Shown piece after piece: positions 1 through 9,292 of a stretch of DNA of 64,000 nt. Position 1 is the stretch's first letter. Every line of letters begins with the position of its first letter. Where the stretch lies: contig CBDAOB010000005.1 of NCBI GenBank assembly GCA_965197905.1, positions 544,001 through 608,000 on the forward strand, given 5' to 3'. Origin of the DNA: Candidatus Latescibacterota bacterium. Lineage in GTDB: Bacteria > Latescibacterota > UBA2968 > UBA8231. The notes under the pieces are model-generated. The model worked only from the letters and a program-made list of their open reading frames with translations, had not been told where the DNA came from and did no database searches. The translations under genes were made by a program, and so were the position numbers.

Positions 1-50
1 CACCCGAATCAGTAATTGCGACAGCCACGGGAAGGGTCAGCTATTTGCAG

Positions 51-3002
51 ATGCTTGGATTGCGCTCGCTACTACCGGTAATGGTAGTTTGTTTATGCCT
101 CACGGCGGCACACCCCCAGCGGCTATTGCTGAATCAGGTCGATGAGTCGCGGTCGTATCTGCGCATTCCCGGTCCGGCGTACCGCGGCTTCGCCGTGGAG
201 ACCTTCGCAAACTCGCACGGACACGCATTTCCGTACGACGAGGCGCCCAAGGCATACTACAGCAACACGGGCGACTACCTCACCACGGGTTATGACGTCT
301 ATCAATGGCTCGAAACCCGCAGGCCCGGACAGGCATTTGGCAGCGCCCTCTTCAAGGCCAACGGCGAGAACAATCCGAGCGGTGCGTGGAACAAGGTGTT
401 CGATAACCTCCTCGTCGCCAAGGATGGGTATGGCGACTGGGGGTACGTCGCCATGGCCGGCGACGGGTTGATTGCCCGCTTCACTCCTCTGACCTTGTCG
501 AAAACCAACTTCAATGGGGTGAGGCTCGATATCTCCAGCCCTCGCTTGAAGATCAGCACCCTCGCATCCCGCCAGGAACGACCCGGCACGAACTTCAACT
601 ATCAGCCAACCTGGAAGGGGGTGGATGGTTTCCAATTCGCCGACGATTCCACCATGCTGATGGGCAGTCGAGTTGTCGCCGACCTGGGGTTGCTGCAATT
701 GGGTGGGAATTTGGTCAATCAGCATGTCTACAACAGCCTTGAGCCGGGAGGCAGCAATCTCAAAGGGACCTTGCGAACGGATCAGCCGCTGATGGACCAT
801 CTCATCATCCGCTTCTCCGACGATTCGCCAAATGACGGCATTGGGGGACCGATTATTCACGACGTGCAGCTGATTATTGACGACGAGCCTCGTCCGGATA
901 TGGTGCCGCGGGTGGTGCGCCAGCAGGCCGGGGCTACCGAGCAGATAGGTTCCACCTCGGCGGCTACGGGTAAATTTCGACCTGCCCCCTACACCCGTCC
1001 GGCGGCCGGCGGAGCGGTAGACCAGGGACGTTTCCAGGGTACCCTTTTCTACCGGGATCGCGAGATCCCGCTCTACTCAGATTTCCTAACCCGGCTGGAT
1101 CACGAGGAGGGTATTGATGTTTCCAAAGTAGCCCACATCCCCGGACTGGTCCGAATCCAGGTTCACTCCGCAGGCGAAATCCTCCAGGCCGATGGTACCG
1201 ACCAACTGATTTACATCTTCGACCTGTCCCAGGAGGCGTCGATGCAGGAGGTGGAGGTGGATGCCCTTGTGGGCGGCGATTACAAGGTAGAAGTGGCGAT
1301 GCTGACGCTGGTTAACCCGAGGGGCAAGACCTACAACGCCCAGTTCACCAGCACCTACTACAAAACGGCTGCCCGGGCGCGAGGAACCCCCAGCGATCTT
1401 TCGAATCTCAAACGGTTGCGTTTTCACGTGGGTGAAGATACCGGCCAGTTCATCTACAGTGCCGACATGTCGCTGACCCTTCCCGGTATCGAGGTCGTCG
1501 GGGAGTACGCCCGTTCCACGCTCTACGGAAAATTTCCCGCGCACGCGGACCGGACTCGCGCCTTCAAACAAGCGCCCCGCATCTCGGATCGCGGCGATGC
1601 ATGGTATCTCAACGCCACCCACTGGTTTGATCGCGGCTCCATAGGGGGCGAGCTCTTTTCCATCAATCCCGACTATACAACCGAGTTGCGCACCTATCTG
1701 CCGTGGGAGGTCGGGATCAACTACACCAATCTCCACGGCCTGACGAACAGCACCTTCTACTGGCAAACGGTCGACGACAACGATGATGGTGACCGCTACC
1801 CCGATGCCCGCGCCGGTAACCTGATCGGCTTGCCCAACGACAGTCGCGGATATGATCTGGATGGTGTGCTCCTGGGCCTGGACAGTAACAACGACGGCAC
1901 CTCCGAATTGAACCGCAACCTCAACGCCATTCCCGATGTCGACGAGCCGTTCTTGATGTACGATGTCGAGCCGAGAACCTATGCCTACGGGTTTGATCGG
2001 GATAACAACGACGTTCCGGATTACCGCGAGGACGACGGTGTCGTCGACTATCCGTACGACTTCGATCAACAGGGATATCACCTGTTTGCCCAATGGGCAC
2101 TCACGCAGCATTGGTCACTGAGCGTCGGTCGCTATGATGTGGGTCAGATCGCGGGACCGGGACACAACAACTCCACCTACGGGGTGCTGAACTACCGCAA
2201 GGACACTGTCCATAGGCTACGCAAGATCTTCTTCGAGAACCACTTTCGCCGGGTGCAGGACGATATCTTCGACGAGTTCAAGGAAGTGGACGATATCCCG
2301 GTGCGGGGTAGCCCATTCAGTCAGCGCGGTCTGGTCGTAGGCGCGTTCAGACCTGGTACCCCCCCCCAATTTATTTCGCGCTTTCAGCCCGACTTGGTGC
2401 TGTATCAGGATAGCTACGTGAACGAGAGTTACATCGAGAGCCATGTGAAGCCGTTCGCGGGATGGGATATCGTCCAGAAGTTGCGGCTGCGAATGAACTG
2501 GCAGCAGGGTGGGAGACTGGGCCCTGGACAATTCCAGCGCGAACGCCGGCTCGACTACTGGACCTGGGTTAGCCGGGTGCAATACAGCTGGATGCTGGGT
2601 AGCCTGCGAATCACCCCCCAGTACAAATTTATGCTGCTGCGCCTGACGGATCAGGAACGGGACGCCGACCTTCAGCTGGAGACTCGCAGCATACCGATTC
2701 TGAGGATACAATATCCCCTGCTGCCCCGCACTCACCTGCAATTGGGCATTCAGGGTCTGGGTCCCCTGCCGTACCGGCGACATGATCGCATTTCCCGTCT
2801 CGAGAGTTTTGAGCAGCGCACCACTTTTCTAACGGTTACCAACAAGACCCACTATTTTGGCTACGAACTCATCTCCGTGTTTGGCGTCAACAGAGACCAG
2901 AAGACCTACGACGACAAAGGCCAGATCTTCCGCAACTTCGATACCTGGACTGTGTTCGCCAGGGCACTCCTGGGATTCACCGAGTTTGGCCGTTTGATCT
3001 AA
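51..3002 (+). CDS. ~980-aa secreted protein of unknown function, paralogue 1 of 5 (predicted outer-membrane beta-barrel with DxDxDG Ca-binding cluster)
   Basis: Long ORF (TTG 45 or ATG 51). Hydrophobic signal peptide ending TAAHP-Q. Amphipathic strand patterns (FIYSADMSLTLPGIEVVGEYARS, AWYLNATHW). Acidic cluster DDNDDGDRYPD...DRDNNDVPDYREDDG. Colinear similarity to four other ORFs in the window. Confidence 0.85.
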   Translation: MLGLRSLLPVMVVCLCLTAAHPQRLLLNQVDESRSYLRIPGPAYRGFAVETFANSHGHAFPYDEAPKAYYSNTGDYLTTGYDVYQWLETRRPGQAFGSALFKANGENNPSGAWNKVFDNLLVAKDGYGDWGYVAMAGDGLIARFTPLTLSKTNFNGVRLDISSPRLKISTLASRQERPGTNFNYQPTWKGVDGFQFADDSTMLMGSRVVADLGLLQLGGNLVNQHVYNSLEPGGSNLKGTLRTDQPLMDHLIIRFSDDSPNDGIGGPIIHDVQLIIDDEPRPDMVPRVVRQQAGATEQIGSTSAATGKFRPAPYTRPAAGGAVDQGRFQGTLFYRDREIPLYSDFLTRLDHEEGIDVSKVAHIPGLVRIQVHSAGEILQADGTDQLIYIFDLSQEASMQEVEVDALVGGDYKVEVAMLTLVNPRGKTYNAQFTSTYYKTAARARGTPSDLSNLKRLRFHVGEDTGQFIYSADMSLTLPGIEVVGEYARSTLYGKFPAHADRTRAFKQAPRISDRGDAWYLNATHWFDRGSIGGELFSINPDYTTELRTYLPWEVGINYTNLHGLTNSTFYWQTVDDNDDGDRYPDARAGNLIGLPNDSRGYDLDGVLLGLDSNNDGTSELNRNLNAIPDVDEPFLMYDVEPRTYAYGFDRDNNDVPDYREDDGVVDYPYDFDQQGYHLFAQWALTQHWSLSVGRYDVGQIAGPGHNNSTYGVLNYRKDTVHRLRKIFFENHFRRVQDDIFDEFKEVDDIPVRGSPFSQRGLVVGAFRPGTPPQFISRFQPDLVLYQDSYVNESYIESHVKPFAGWDIVQKLRLRMNWQQGGRLGPGQFQRERRLDYWTWVSRVQYSWMLGSLRITPQYKFMLLRLTDQERDADLQLETRSIPILRIQYPLLPRTHLQLGIQGLGPLPYRRHDRISRLESFEQRTTFLTVTNKTHYFGYELISVFGVNRDQKTYDDKGQIFRNFDTWTVFARALLGFTEFGRLI

Positions 3003-3045
3003 CCTATCGTGCGGCCGCAGTGACCCCGCACCATGGCACACCGGC

Positions 3046-6000
3046 ATGAATCTTCGACCGAGAATTGTTCTTCCGGTGGCAAGGGGCAGACATTGCTGGG
3101 ACCGCTGCACTACTCTAGCGCCGTTCTTGCTCCTGATCGTTGGCGCGCTAACAACTGAAACAGGGGTCGCCCAGACCCTGCCGCTCTCGGAGATCGCGGA
3201 ATCGCCCCTGATGATGCGTCACCAGGGTGCGCCGTACCGCAACTTCGCCTATAACAACTGGTCCAGCTACCCGAACCACACCTTTCCTTACGAAGATGCT
3301 CCTAGGGCGATCTACGGTGGCATGGGCCACTATCTGATTACCGGCTACACCGCTTACGAGTGGCTCGAAACCCGGCGTCCAGGACAAAAATGGGGCAGCT
3401 CTATCTTCAAGGATGCGCGGCTTGCGGGCTTATCCAAGAGCGAATGGGTCACCATCTTCGACAGCATGCTCGTGGGCAGGGACGGATATGGGAACTGGGG
3501 TTACAGCCTGATTGCCGGGGATGCGCTGTTGGCGCGTTTGACTCCCTTGACGTTGTCGAAAGCCAACTTCAACGGGTTTCGGATGGACGTGGCCACGGCG
3601 CACCTGCAGTTCACCGGCATGGCTTCTCGCTTCGAGCGGCCCCATTCCTATCAGCATGTTGTCGTGCCCTGGCTCGTCAACGACGACTATCACATGGCGG
3701 ACGATTCCACCCTCCTGTTGGCGGGGCGTACCCAGGGGCAGCTCGGGCGATTACAATTGGGATTGAATTGGGTCAACCAACATCTTTACCAGAGCACGAA
3801 AACGGGGAATACCCTCAAGGGCATACTTCGCCCTGGGCAGGCATTGATCGATCAGGTTTTGGTGCGCATCTCCGACGACTCCCCGTTGGACGGCAGCGGC
3901 GGCGCGTTGGTGCAGGACATTCAAATCCGCGTCAACGGCGAATTGCGGCCCGATCTCAAGCGGCCACCGATCCGCCATACCAGTGGTGCCCAGATCCAGG
4001 TGGGGCGAATCTCGCAGGCAACAGGCGCATTTTCACCTTTTGCCTACAACTCGCTGAGCTACGACACCGTCCTGGAGGGGCTCACCTTCTACCGCGAGCG
4101 GGAGATTCCCCTCTACGCCGATTACCTCTACCGGCTGGATCACGAAACGGGTATCGACGTGTCCGGCGACACGAATCTATCAGGTCTAGTATCCAGTTTC
4201 GCCGTGCAGCCGGAGGGCATAGCGAAGGCGGACGGCAACGAGCAGCTCGTCTACCTGTTCGACCTGACCGGAGAGAGTTCGCCGCAATCGGTCGAGCTCG
4301 AGGCCATGCTGGCAAACGACTACAAGGTAGAGGTCGCCCTTTTGAGCAACCGGAATCCTCGGGCCAAGGGGTACCACGCCCAGTATATCAGCTCCTTCTA
4401 TCGCACGGTGGCCCGCGCAAAAGGTAATGTGAGGGATCACACCAACATAAAGCAGCTGCGAATCCCGATCGGCGAGAACACCGGACAGTTCGTCTACAGC
4501 GCGGACTTGCAGTTGGAGACCCTCGGCCTCGAGATCAAAGGAGAGTTTGCCCGCTCGGCGCTGCACTCGCGTTTTCCCGCCCACCTGGATCGGGAACCCA
4601 CCTTCGCTGAAGGCGCCCATTCGGCTGATCGCGGCAATGCCTATTTCATCAACGCCACGCGCTGGTTCGGCCGGGCTCGGTTCGGGGCCGAGTATTTCTC
4701 GATCAATCCCGAATTCCAGACCGAGATTCGGACCTTCTTGGATCCCAGCTACACCGTCAGTTTGACCAATCTCTACGGCCTTGCCAATCGCACCTTGTAC
4801 TGGCAGCTCGTGGACGACAACGAAGATGGGGACGCGTACCCGGACCGGCGCATCGGCAATCTTCCCGGACTCATCCACGATGCCAAGGCGTACGACATCG
4901 ACGGGGTGTTTCCCGGCCAGGATGAGGATCGAGACGGGACGCCGCGAACCAACCGCAACCTGAACACGGTGCCGGATTACGAGGAACCGTTCCTGATGTT
5001 CGACATCGAACCGAACGAGTACATCTACGGCCTCGATCGCAACAACAACGATGAGCCGGACTTCAGGGAGGATGACGGCGCGGTGGATTACCCGTACGAC
5101 TACGACCAGCGCGGCTACCATCTTTTCGGCCAGCTCGATCTCACCAGACGATGGAAGCTGGCCGTAGGACTTCATCGGGTAGACGAGGTGGACGGGGGCG
5201 GCCGCAACCACTCTTCCTATGCCATTCTCAGTTTTCGACGGGAAGGGGTGGCAAGGATCCGGCGCCTCTTCTTCGAGAATCACCTGCGGCGGGTCCAGGA
5301 CGATATATCCGACGAATACGTCGTGGTGGATGAGATTCCGATACGTCAGGGGGCATTCGGTCAGCGCGGCCTCACCTTTCACTATGTGAGGCAGGACGGA
5401 TCGCTGCCGCCGCCGCGGTTCGTGCAGCGGTTTCGCCGGGATCCGGTCTGGTACGCAGACAGCTACGTGAACGAGTCATACGGCGAGGCCCGGGTGCGTC
5501 CCATTCCGAATCTCGAACTCACCCAGGCGCTGCGCATGCGCTTCAACTGGCAACAGGGAGGGAGTATCCACAACGGGCAGTTTCAACGCCAGCGCCGACT
5601 GGACTTCTTGTCATGGGTGGGTAGCGTCGACTACAAATACTACTGGGGCCGTTTGACTATTCAACCCCAATACAAATTCATGCTGCTACGACTCGTCGAT
5701 CAGGAACGGAACGTGAGCTTCAGTTCCGAAACCCGTTCCATCCCGATATTGCGCTTCTCCGTGCCGCTGATGAATCGCACCACGCTTCAGGCAGGCGTCC
5801 AGGGATTCGGACCCTTCCCCTACCGCCACGACGATCGCATCGCCAAACGGAACAGTTTCGAGCAGCGAACCTCTTTCGTGACGCTGACCAACCGCAGCGC
5901 CTATTTCGGCTACGACCTGGTGACTATTGTCGGCGTTGGTGAAGACGAAAAGAGATTCAAATCCGGAATCCGGAATGTTCGGGATTTCCACGACTTGACC

Positions 6001-6051
6001 TTCTTCCTGAGGGCGGTCTTAGGTTTTACCGAATACGGCCGCCTCATCTAA
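3046..6051 (+). CDS. ~1000-aa secreted protein of unknown function, paralogue 2 of 5
   Basis: Same blocks as paralogue 1 (GRDGYGNWGY, LTPLTLSKANFNG, ADDSTLL, DDNEDGDAYPD, DRNNNDEPDFREDDG, C-term GFTEYGRLI). Signal peptide ends TGVA-QT. Exact start uncertain. Confidence 0.85.
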   Translation: MNLRPRIVLPVARGRHCWDRCTTLAPFLLLIVGALTTETGVAQTLPLSEIAESPLMMRHQGAPYRNFAYNNWSSYPNHTFPYEDAPRAIYGGMGHYLITGYTAYEWLETRRPGQKWGSSIFKDARLAGLSKSEWVTIFDSMLVGRDGYGNWGYSLIAGDALLARLTPLTLSKANFNGFRMDVATAHLQFTGMASRFERPHSYQHVVVPWLVNDDYHMADDSTLLLAGRTQGQLGRLQLGLNWVNQHLYQSTKTGNTLKGILRPGQALIDQVLVRISDDSPLDGSGGALVQDIQIRVNGELRPDLKRPPIRHTSGAQIQVGRISQATGAFSPFAYNSLSYDTVLEGLTFYREREIPLYADYLYRLDHETGIDVSGDTNLSGLVSSFAVQPEGIAKADGNEQLVYLFDLTGESSPQSVELEAMLANDYKVEVALLSNRNPRAKGYHAQYISSFYRTVARAKGNVRDHTNIKQLRIPIGENTGQFVYSADLQLETLGLEIKGEFARSALHSRFPAHLDREPTFAEGAHSADRGNAYFINATRWFGRARFGAEYFSINPEFQTEIRTFLDPSYTVSLTNLYGLANRTLYWQLVDDNEDGDAYPDRRIGNLPGLIHDAKAYDIDGVFPGQDEDRDGTPRTNRNLNTVPDYEEPFLMFDIEPNEYIYGLDRNNNDEPDFREDDGAVDYPYDYDQRGYHLFGQLDLTRRWKLAVGLHRVDEVDGGGRNHSSYAILSFRREGVARIRRLFFENHLRRVQDDISDEYVVVDEIPIRQGAFGQRGLTFHYVRQDGSLPPPRFVQRFRRDPVWYADSYVNESYGEARVRPIPNLELTQALRMRFNWQQGGSIHNGQFQRQRRLDFLSWVGSVDYKYYWGRLTIQPQYKFMLLRLVDQERNVSFSSETRSIPILRFSVPLMNRTTLQAGVQGFGPFPYRHDDRIAKRNSFEQRTSFVTLTNRSAYFGYDLVTIVGVGEDEKRFKSGIRNVRDFHDLTFFLRAVLGFTEYGRLI

Positions 6052-6142
6052 GACTTCAGAAATCCACCGCTCGGTTTTGCGGGGTGGACCGCGTCCTTCC
6101 CACAGCCGTAATTCATCCGGTTCACACTAAGAGAAGACATCG

Positions 6143-7312
6143 ATGCAGACTGCCGACGCTGTTGTTGTCGGCGCCGGTATCAACGGCGCCTCCACCGCAT
6201 ACAACCTCGTGAAACGAGGTGCCGGTACCGTCGTCCTCATCGAGAAGCAGCTTCTTGCTTCTGGCGGAACCGGTCGCTCCGCGGCGATCGTGCGCCAGCA
6301 CTATTCCACCCCCGAGCTGGTGAAGATGGTGCGTCGCAGCGTGGAGGTGTTCCACCATTTCGACGGCGAAGTCGGGGGGGACTCCGGATTCACCAATACC
6401 GGTTGGGCGTTCCTGGTTCCAGAAGAGGTGAGCGACGGCTTGAGTGTCAATCTGGAGATGGGTCGGCGGCTGGGAGTGGACGTCCGCGAGATCAGCCGGG
6501 AGGACCTTCTGGAGCTGGAGCCCCGCATCGAACTTGGCGATGTACACCGCATCGCCTACGAACCGGGTTCCGGATATGCGGACCCGCGGGCAACGACCCA
6601 CAGCTACACACGGCGGTTCATGGAGCTGGGCGGACATCTGCAGCAGCTGTGCTCGGTTACCGGCCTGCAGCTGGAAGGGGGACGAATTACGGGGGTCGAA
6701 ACGGAGAATGGTCCCATTTCCACCGCTGTGGTGGTGAATGCGGCGGGGCCCTGGTCCGATCGGCTGGCGGCGATGGCGGGGGTTACACTGCCGCTCAAGG
6801 TCACCCGGGAGGAGGAGATCATCTACGCGACCGTCGCCGAGGGGGGACCGCCCCGGCTTTGTTTCTCCGATATGGCCAAGGCGATATACTACCGCCCGGA
6901 CGGGAAGGATCACACCCTGGTGGGCCGCGGTTTTCCGAAGCAGTACGAATACGTGGAGCCCGACGGCTACGACCAGGTTGTGGATGTGGCATTTATCGCC
7001 GAAACCGAGCAACTGTTTCATCAGCGCCTGCCGGCACTGGCTGGGTCGCTGGCGCTCAATTCCTACACTGGGCTTTACGACGTGACCCCCGATTGGCATC
7101 CGGTGCTCGGCAGCGTCGACGGTGTCGAGGGTTTCTACCTCTGTGCCGGTTTCAGCGGTCACGGATTCAAGATCGGTCCGGCCGTCGGTGAGTTGATGGC
7201 GGAAGAAATCATGGACGGCAGTGCCCACACCGTCGACCTTAGCCGTTTTGGACTCGATCGCTTCGAAAAAGGCAGCCTGATTGAAGCCGCTTATGGTGCG
7301 AATCGGGCCTGA
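6143..7312 (+). CDS. FAD-dependent oxidoreductase, D-amino acid oxidase/sarcosine oxidase beta-subunit (DAO) family
   Basis: N-terminal GAGING FAD-binding motif, GGTGRSAAIVR, VVNAAGPW, YDVTPDWHPVLG, GFSGHGFKIGPAVG. Confidence 0.9.
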   Translation: MQTADAVVVGAGINGASTAYNLVKRGAGTVVLIEKQLLASGGTGRSAAIVRQHYSTPELVKMVRRSVEVFHHFDGEVGGDSGFTNTGWAFLVPEEVSDGLSVNLEMGRRLGVDVREISREDLLELEPRIELGDVHRIAYEPGSGYADPRATTHSYTRRFMELGGHLQQLCSVTGLQLEGGRITGVETENGPISTAVVVNAAGPWSDRLAAMAGVTLPLKVTREEEIIYATVAEGGPPRLCFSDMAKAIYYRPDGKDHTLVGRGFPKQYEYVEPDGYDQVVDVAFIAETEQLFHQRLPALAGSLALNSYTGLYDVTPDWHPVLGSVDGVEGFYLCAGFSGHGFKIGPAVGELMAEEIMDGSAHTVDLSRFGLDRFEKGSLIEAAYGANRA

Positions 7313-7330
7313 TTCGCGTCCAGGTTTGAG

Positions 7331-9262
7331 TTGGTAGCGCTGCCCCACTCCATATCATATCGCGCGGTGGTCCTGGGGTGCATCACCATCGCTTTAAACC
7401 TCTACTACAACATCCAGATCGCGGCACGGGGTTCGGGCGCAACGGTAACTGCTCAATTCCCCATGGCGGCGTTCATGCCGTTTGTGGTCTGGATCCTGAT
7501 CAACCTCTTGCTCAGGGTGATTGCACCTGCCATGGCGCTGCGCCGCGGCGAGCTGCTGACCATCTTCACGATGACCTGGGTGGTGGCGGCAATCCCTAGC
7601 TGGATAGGCTCCTGGAGCTCGGCGCTGGCGACCCCGACCCACTACGCGGATACCGAAAACCAGTGGGCCGAGTCGTTTTTCAACTACCTTCCCTGGCACG
7701 TCTTTCCCGCCACCACCAGCAGAGTGATCGGGAATTTTTGGTACGGCCTGCCAGAGGGGATGCCGTTGCCGTGGGATGGGTGGATCGGGGCTATCCTGCA
7801 ATGGTTCGGAGTCTCCATCGCGGTCGTGGTCTTCGGGTATTCGGCGATGATCCTACTGCGCAAACAGTGGGTCGAGGCGGAAAAGCTCACCTACCCGCTC
7901 GCCCAGCTGCCGCTGGACATCACCCGGACTGAGACGGGGCGGCGCTTGCCACACCTTTTCTATCAGAAACTATTCTGGATCGGTTTTGCCGTCGTTACAC
8001 TGCCCCTGCTCTACAACATTACAACCTACTTCACGCTCCAGCCATCCTTCGATCTCTTCTGGACGTATAACCTGATCGTCTTTCGCGAGGGGGTGATCTT
8101 CTTCATCCGTGTCATGCCGTTGATGTTGATGGTGATCTACCTGTGTCCGGTCGATATTCTCGGCAGCATGGTGCTCTTTACCGTGCTGGTCATCTTGAAG
8201 GTTTACATCATCGTTCTATTTGGTGGCTTGCCCGACTTCGATCTGCATCCCACCAGCGGCGGCAACATGTTCAATGAGCGTTCGATCGTACTTAATATCG
8301 AAAGCCACGGAGCGCTGATCTTTGTCTTCTTATGGTCTCTGTGGGTCGCCCGTGGGCATCTCAGGAATACCTGGCTGCAGGTTCGATACGGCCACGTCGG
8401 TGATGGAGGTGTCGGGGAAGTCCGCATGTATCGGTGGGCACTTGGCGCCATGCTGGGGTCCGGAATCTATGTGGTGTTCTGGGCTGTTTCACTGGGCGTG
8501 ACCCTGCCCATGGCGATAGGCAGCTTCGCGCTCACCATGATCGGTTACCTGGTAAGCATGAAAATGATTGCCGCCAGCGGCGTCGCCTACATCTATCCCA
8601 ACAGGCCTTTCCTGAAAGGAGAGATTTTTGTGCTGGAGTTGGCCACAACTCACGTGGCGCCCCAGAACCTGGTTCCGTACAAGGTGTTTACCAGCCACGC
8701 TTTCTTTGGTGGTTTCATCATTCCCGCCTGGCCCGCCATTGCCCACCATCTGCGCATCTTCGATCCTAGGTCCAAACCGGTGCGGATGGTCGCCATCGTG
8801 CTGGCGGCGTTCGCGCTGGGTTATGCGGTTTCAATCTGGGGCGTCCTGGACCGGAGCTACACCGACGGCTCCACGGGCGGATATCACGAGATGTATCGCG
8901 GGCTCATGATGCGGCTCAACGAGCCGACCGAACCCAACCTGCTAAAGTGGGGGGTCTGGTTGTTCGGGTTCGGTGAAGCGGCGGTTATTACCCTGTTGAG
9001 GGCTCGTTACCATTGGTTCGCCGTGCATCCTATCGGGCTCATATTTCAGTCGACCCACGCCACTTGGTGGTTCGGATTCAACTTCCTCATCGCCTGGCTC
9101 GTCAAGTTGGTGCTGCTGCGGTATGGTGGCGTTCGTGCCTACCTGGCCGGTAAACCGTTTTTTTATGGTCTCGGTATCGGTTACGTCTTCGGCGTAATCC
9201 TGTCAACTATTGTAGACGCGATCTGGTTTCCTGATTCCCCCCACCGCGTTCACTGGTGGTGA
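7331..9262 (+). CDS. DUF6785/DUF6784-type polytopic inner-membrane protein (putative transporter), copy 1
   Basis: Many hydrophobic TM segments. Motifs WVEAEKLTYPLAQLP, HWFAVHPIG, VKLVLLRYGG...KPFFYGL. Paralogous to 50504-52507. Family name recalled, not searched. Confidence 0.75.
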   Translation: MVALPHSISYRAVVLGCITIALNLYYNIQIAARGSGATVTAQFPMAAFMPFVVWILINLLLRVIAPAMALRRGELLTIFTMTWVVAAIPSWIGSWSSALATPTHYADTENQWAESFFNYLPWHVFPATTSRVIGNFWYGLPEGMPLPWDGWIGAILQWFGVSIAVVVFGYSAMILLRKQWVEAEKLTYPLAQLPLDITRTETGRRLPHLFYQKLFWIGFAVVTLPLLYNITTYFTLQPSFDLFWTYNLIVFREGVIFFIRVMPLMLMVIYLCPVDILGSMVLFTVLVILKVYIIVLFGGLPDFDLHPTSGGNMFNERSIVLNIESHGALIFVFLWSLWVARGHLRNTWLQVRYGHVGDGGVGEVRMYRWALGAMLGSGIYVVFWAVSLGVTLPMAIGSFALTMIGYLVSMKMIAASGVAYIYPNRPFLKGEIFVLELATTHVAPQNLVPYKVFTSHAFFGGFIIPAWPAIAHHLRIFDPRSKPVRMVAIVLAAFALGYAVSIWGVLDRSYTDGSTGGYHEMYRGLMMRLNEPTEPNLLKWGVWLFGFGEAAVITLLRARYHWFAVHPIGLIFQSTHATWWFGFNFLIAWLVKLVLLRYGGVRAYLAGKPFFYGLGIGYVFGVILSTIVDAIWFPDSPHRVHWW

Positions 9263-9292
9263 AATCACCAGCTGATTATTATCTCGGCGCTC

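Noticed and set aside
6063..6088. Imperfect hairpin TCCACCGC...GCGGGGTGGA after paralogue 2
   Set aside because: The stem is bulged and has no U-tract, too weak to call a terminator.
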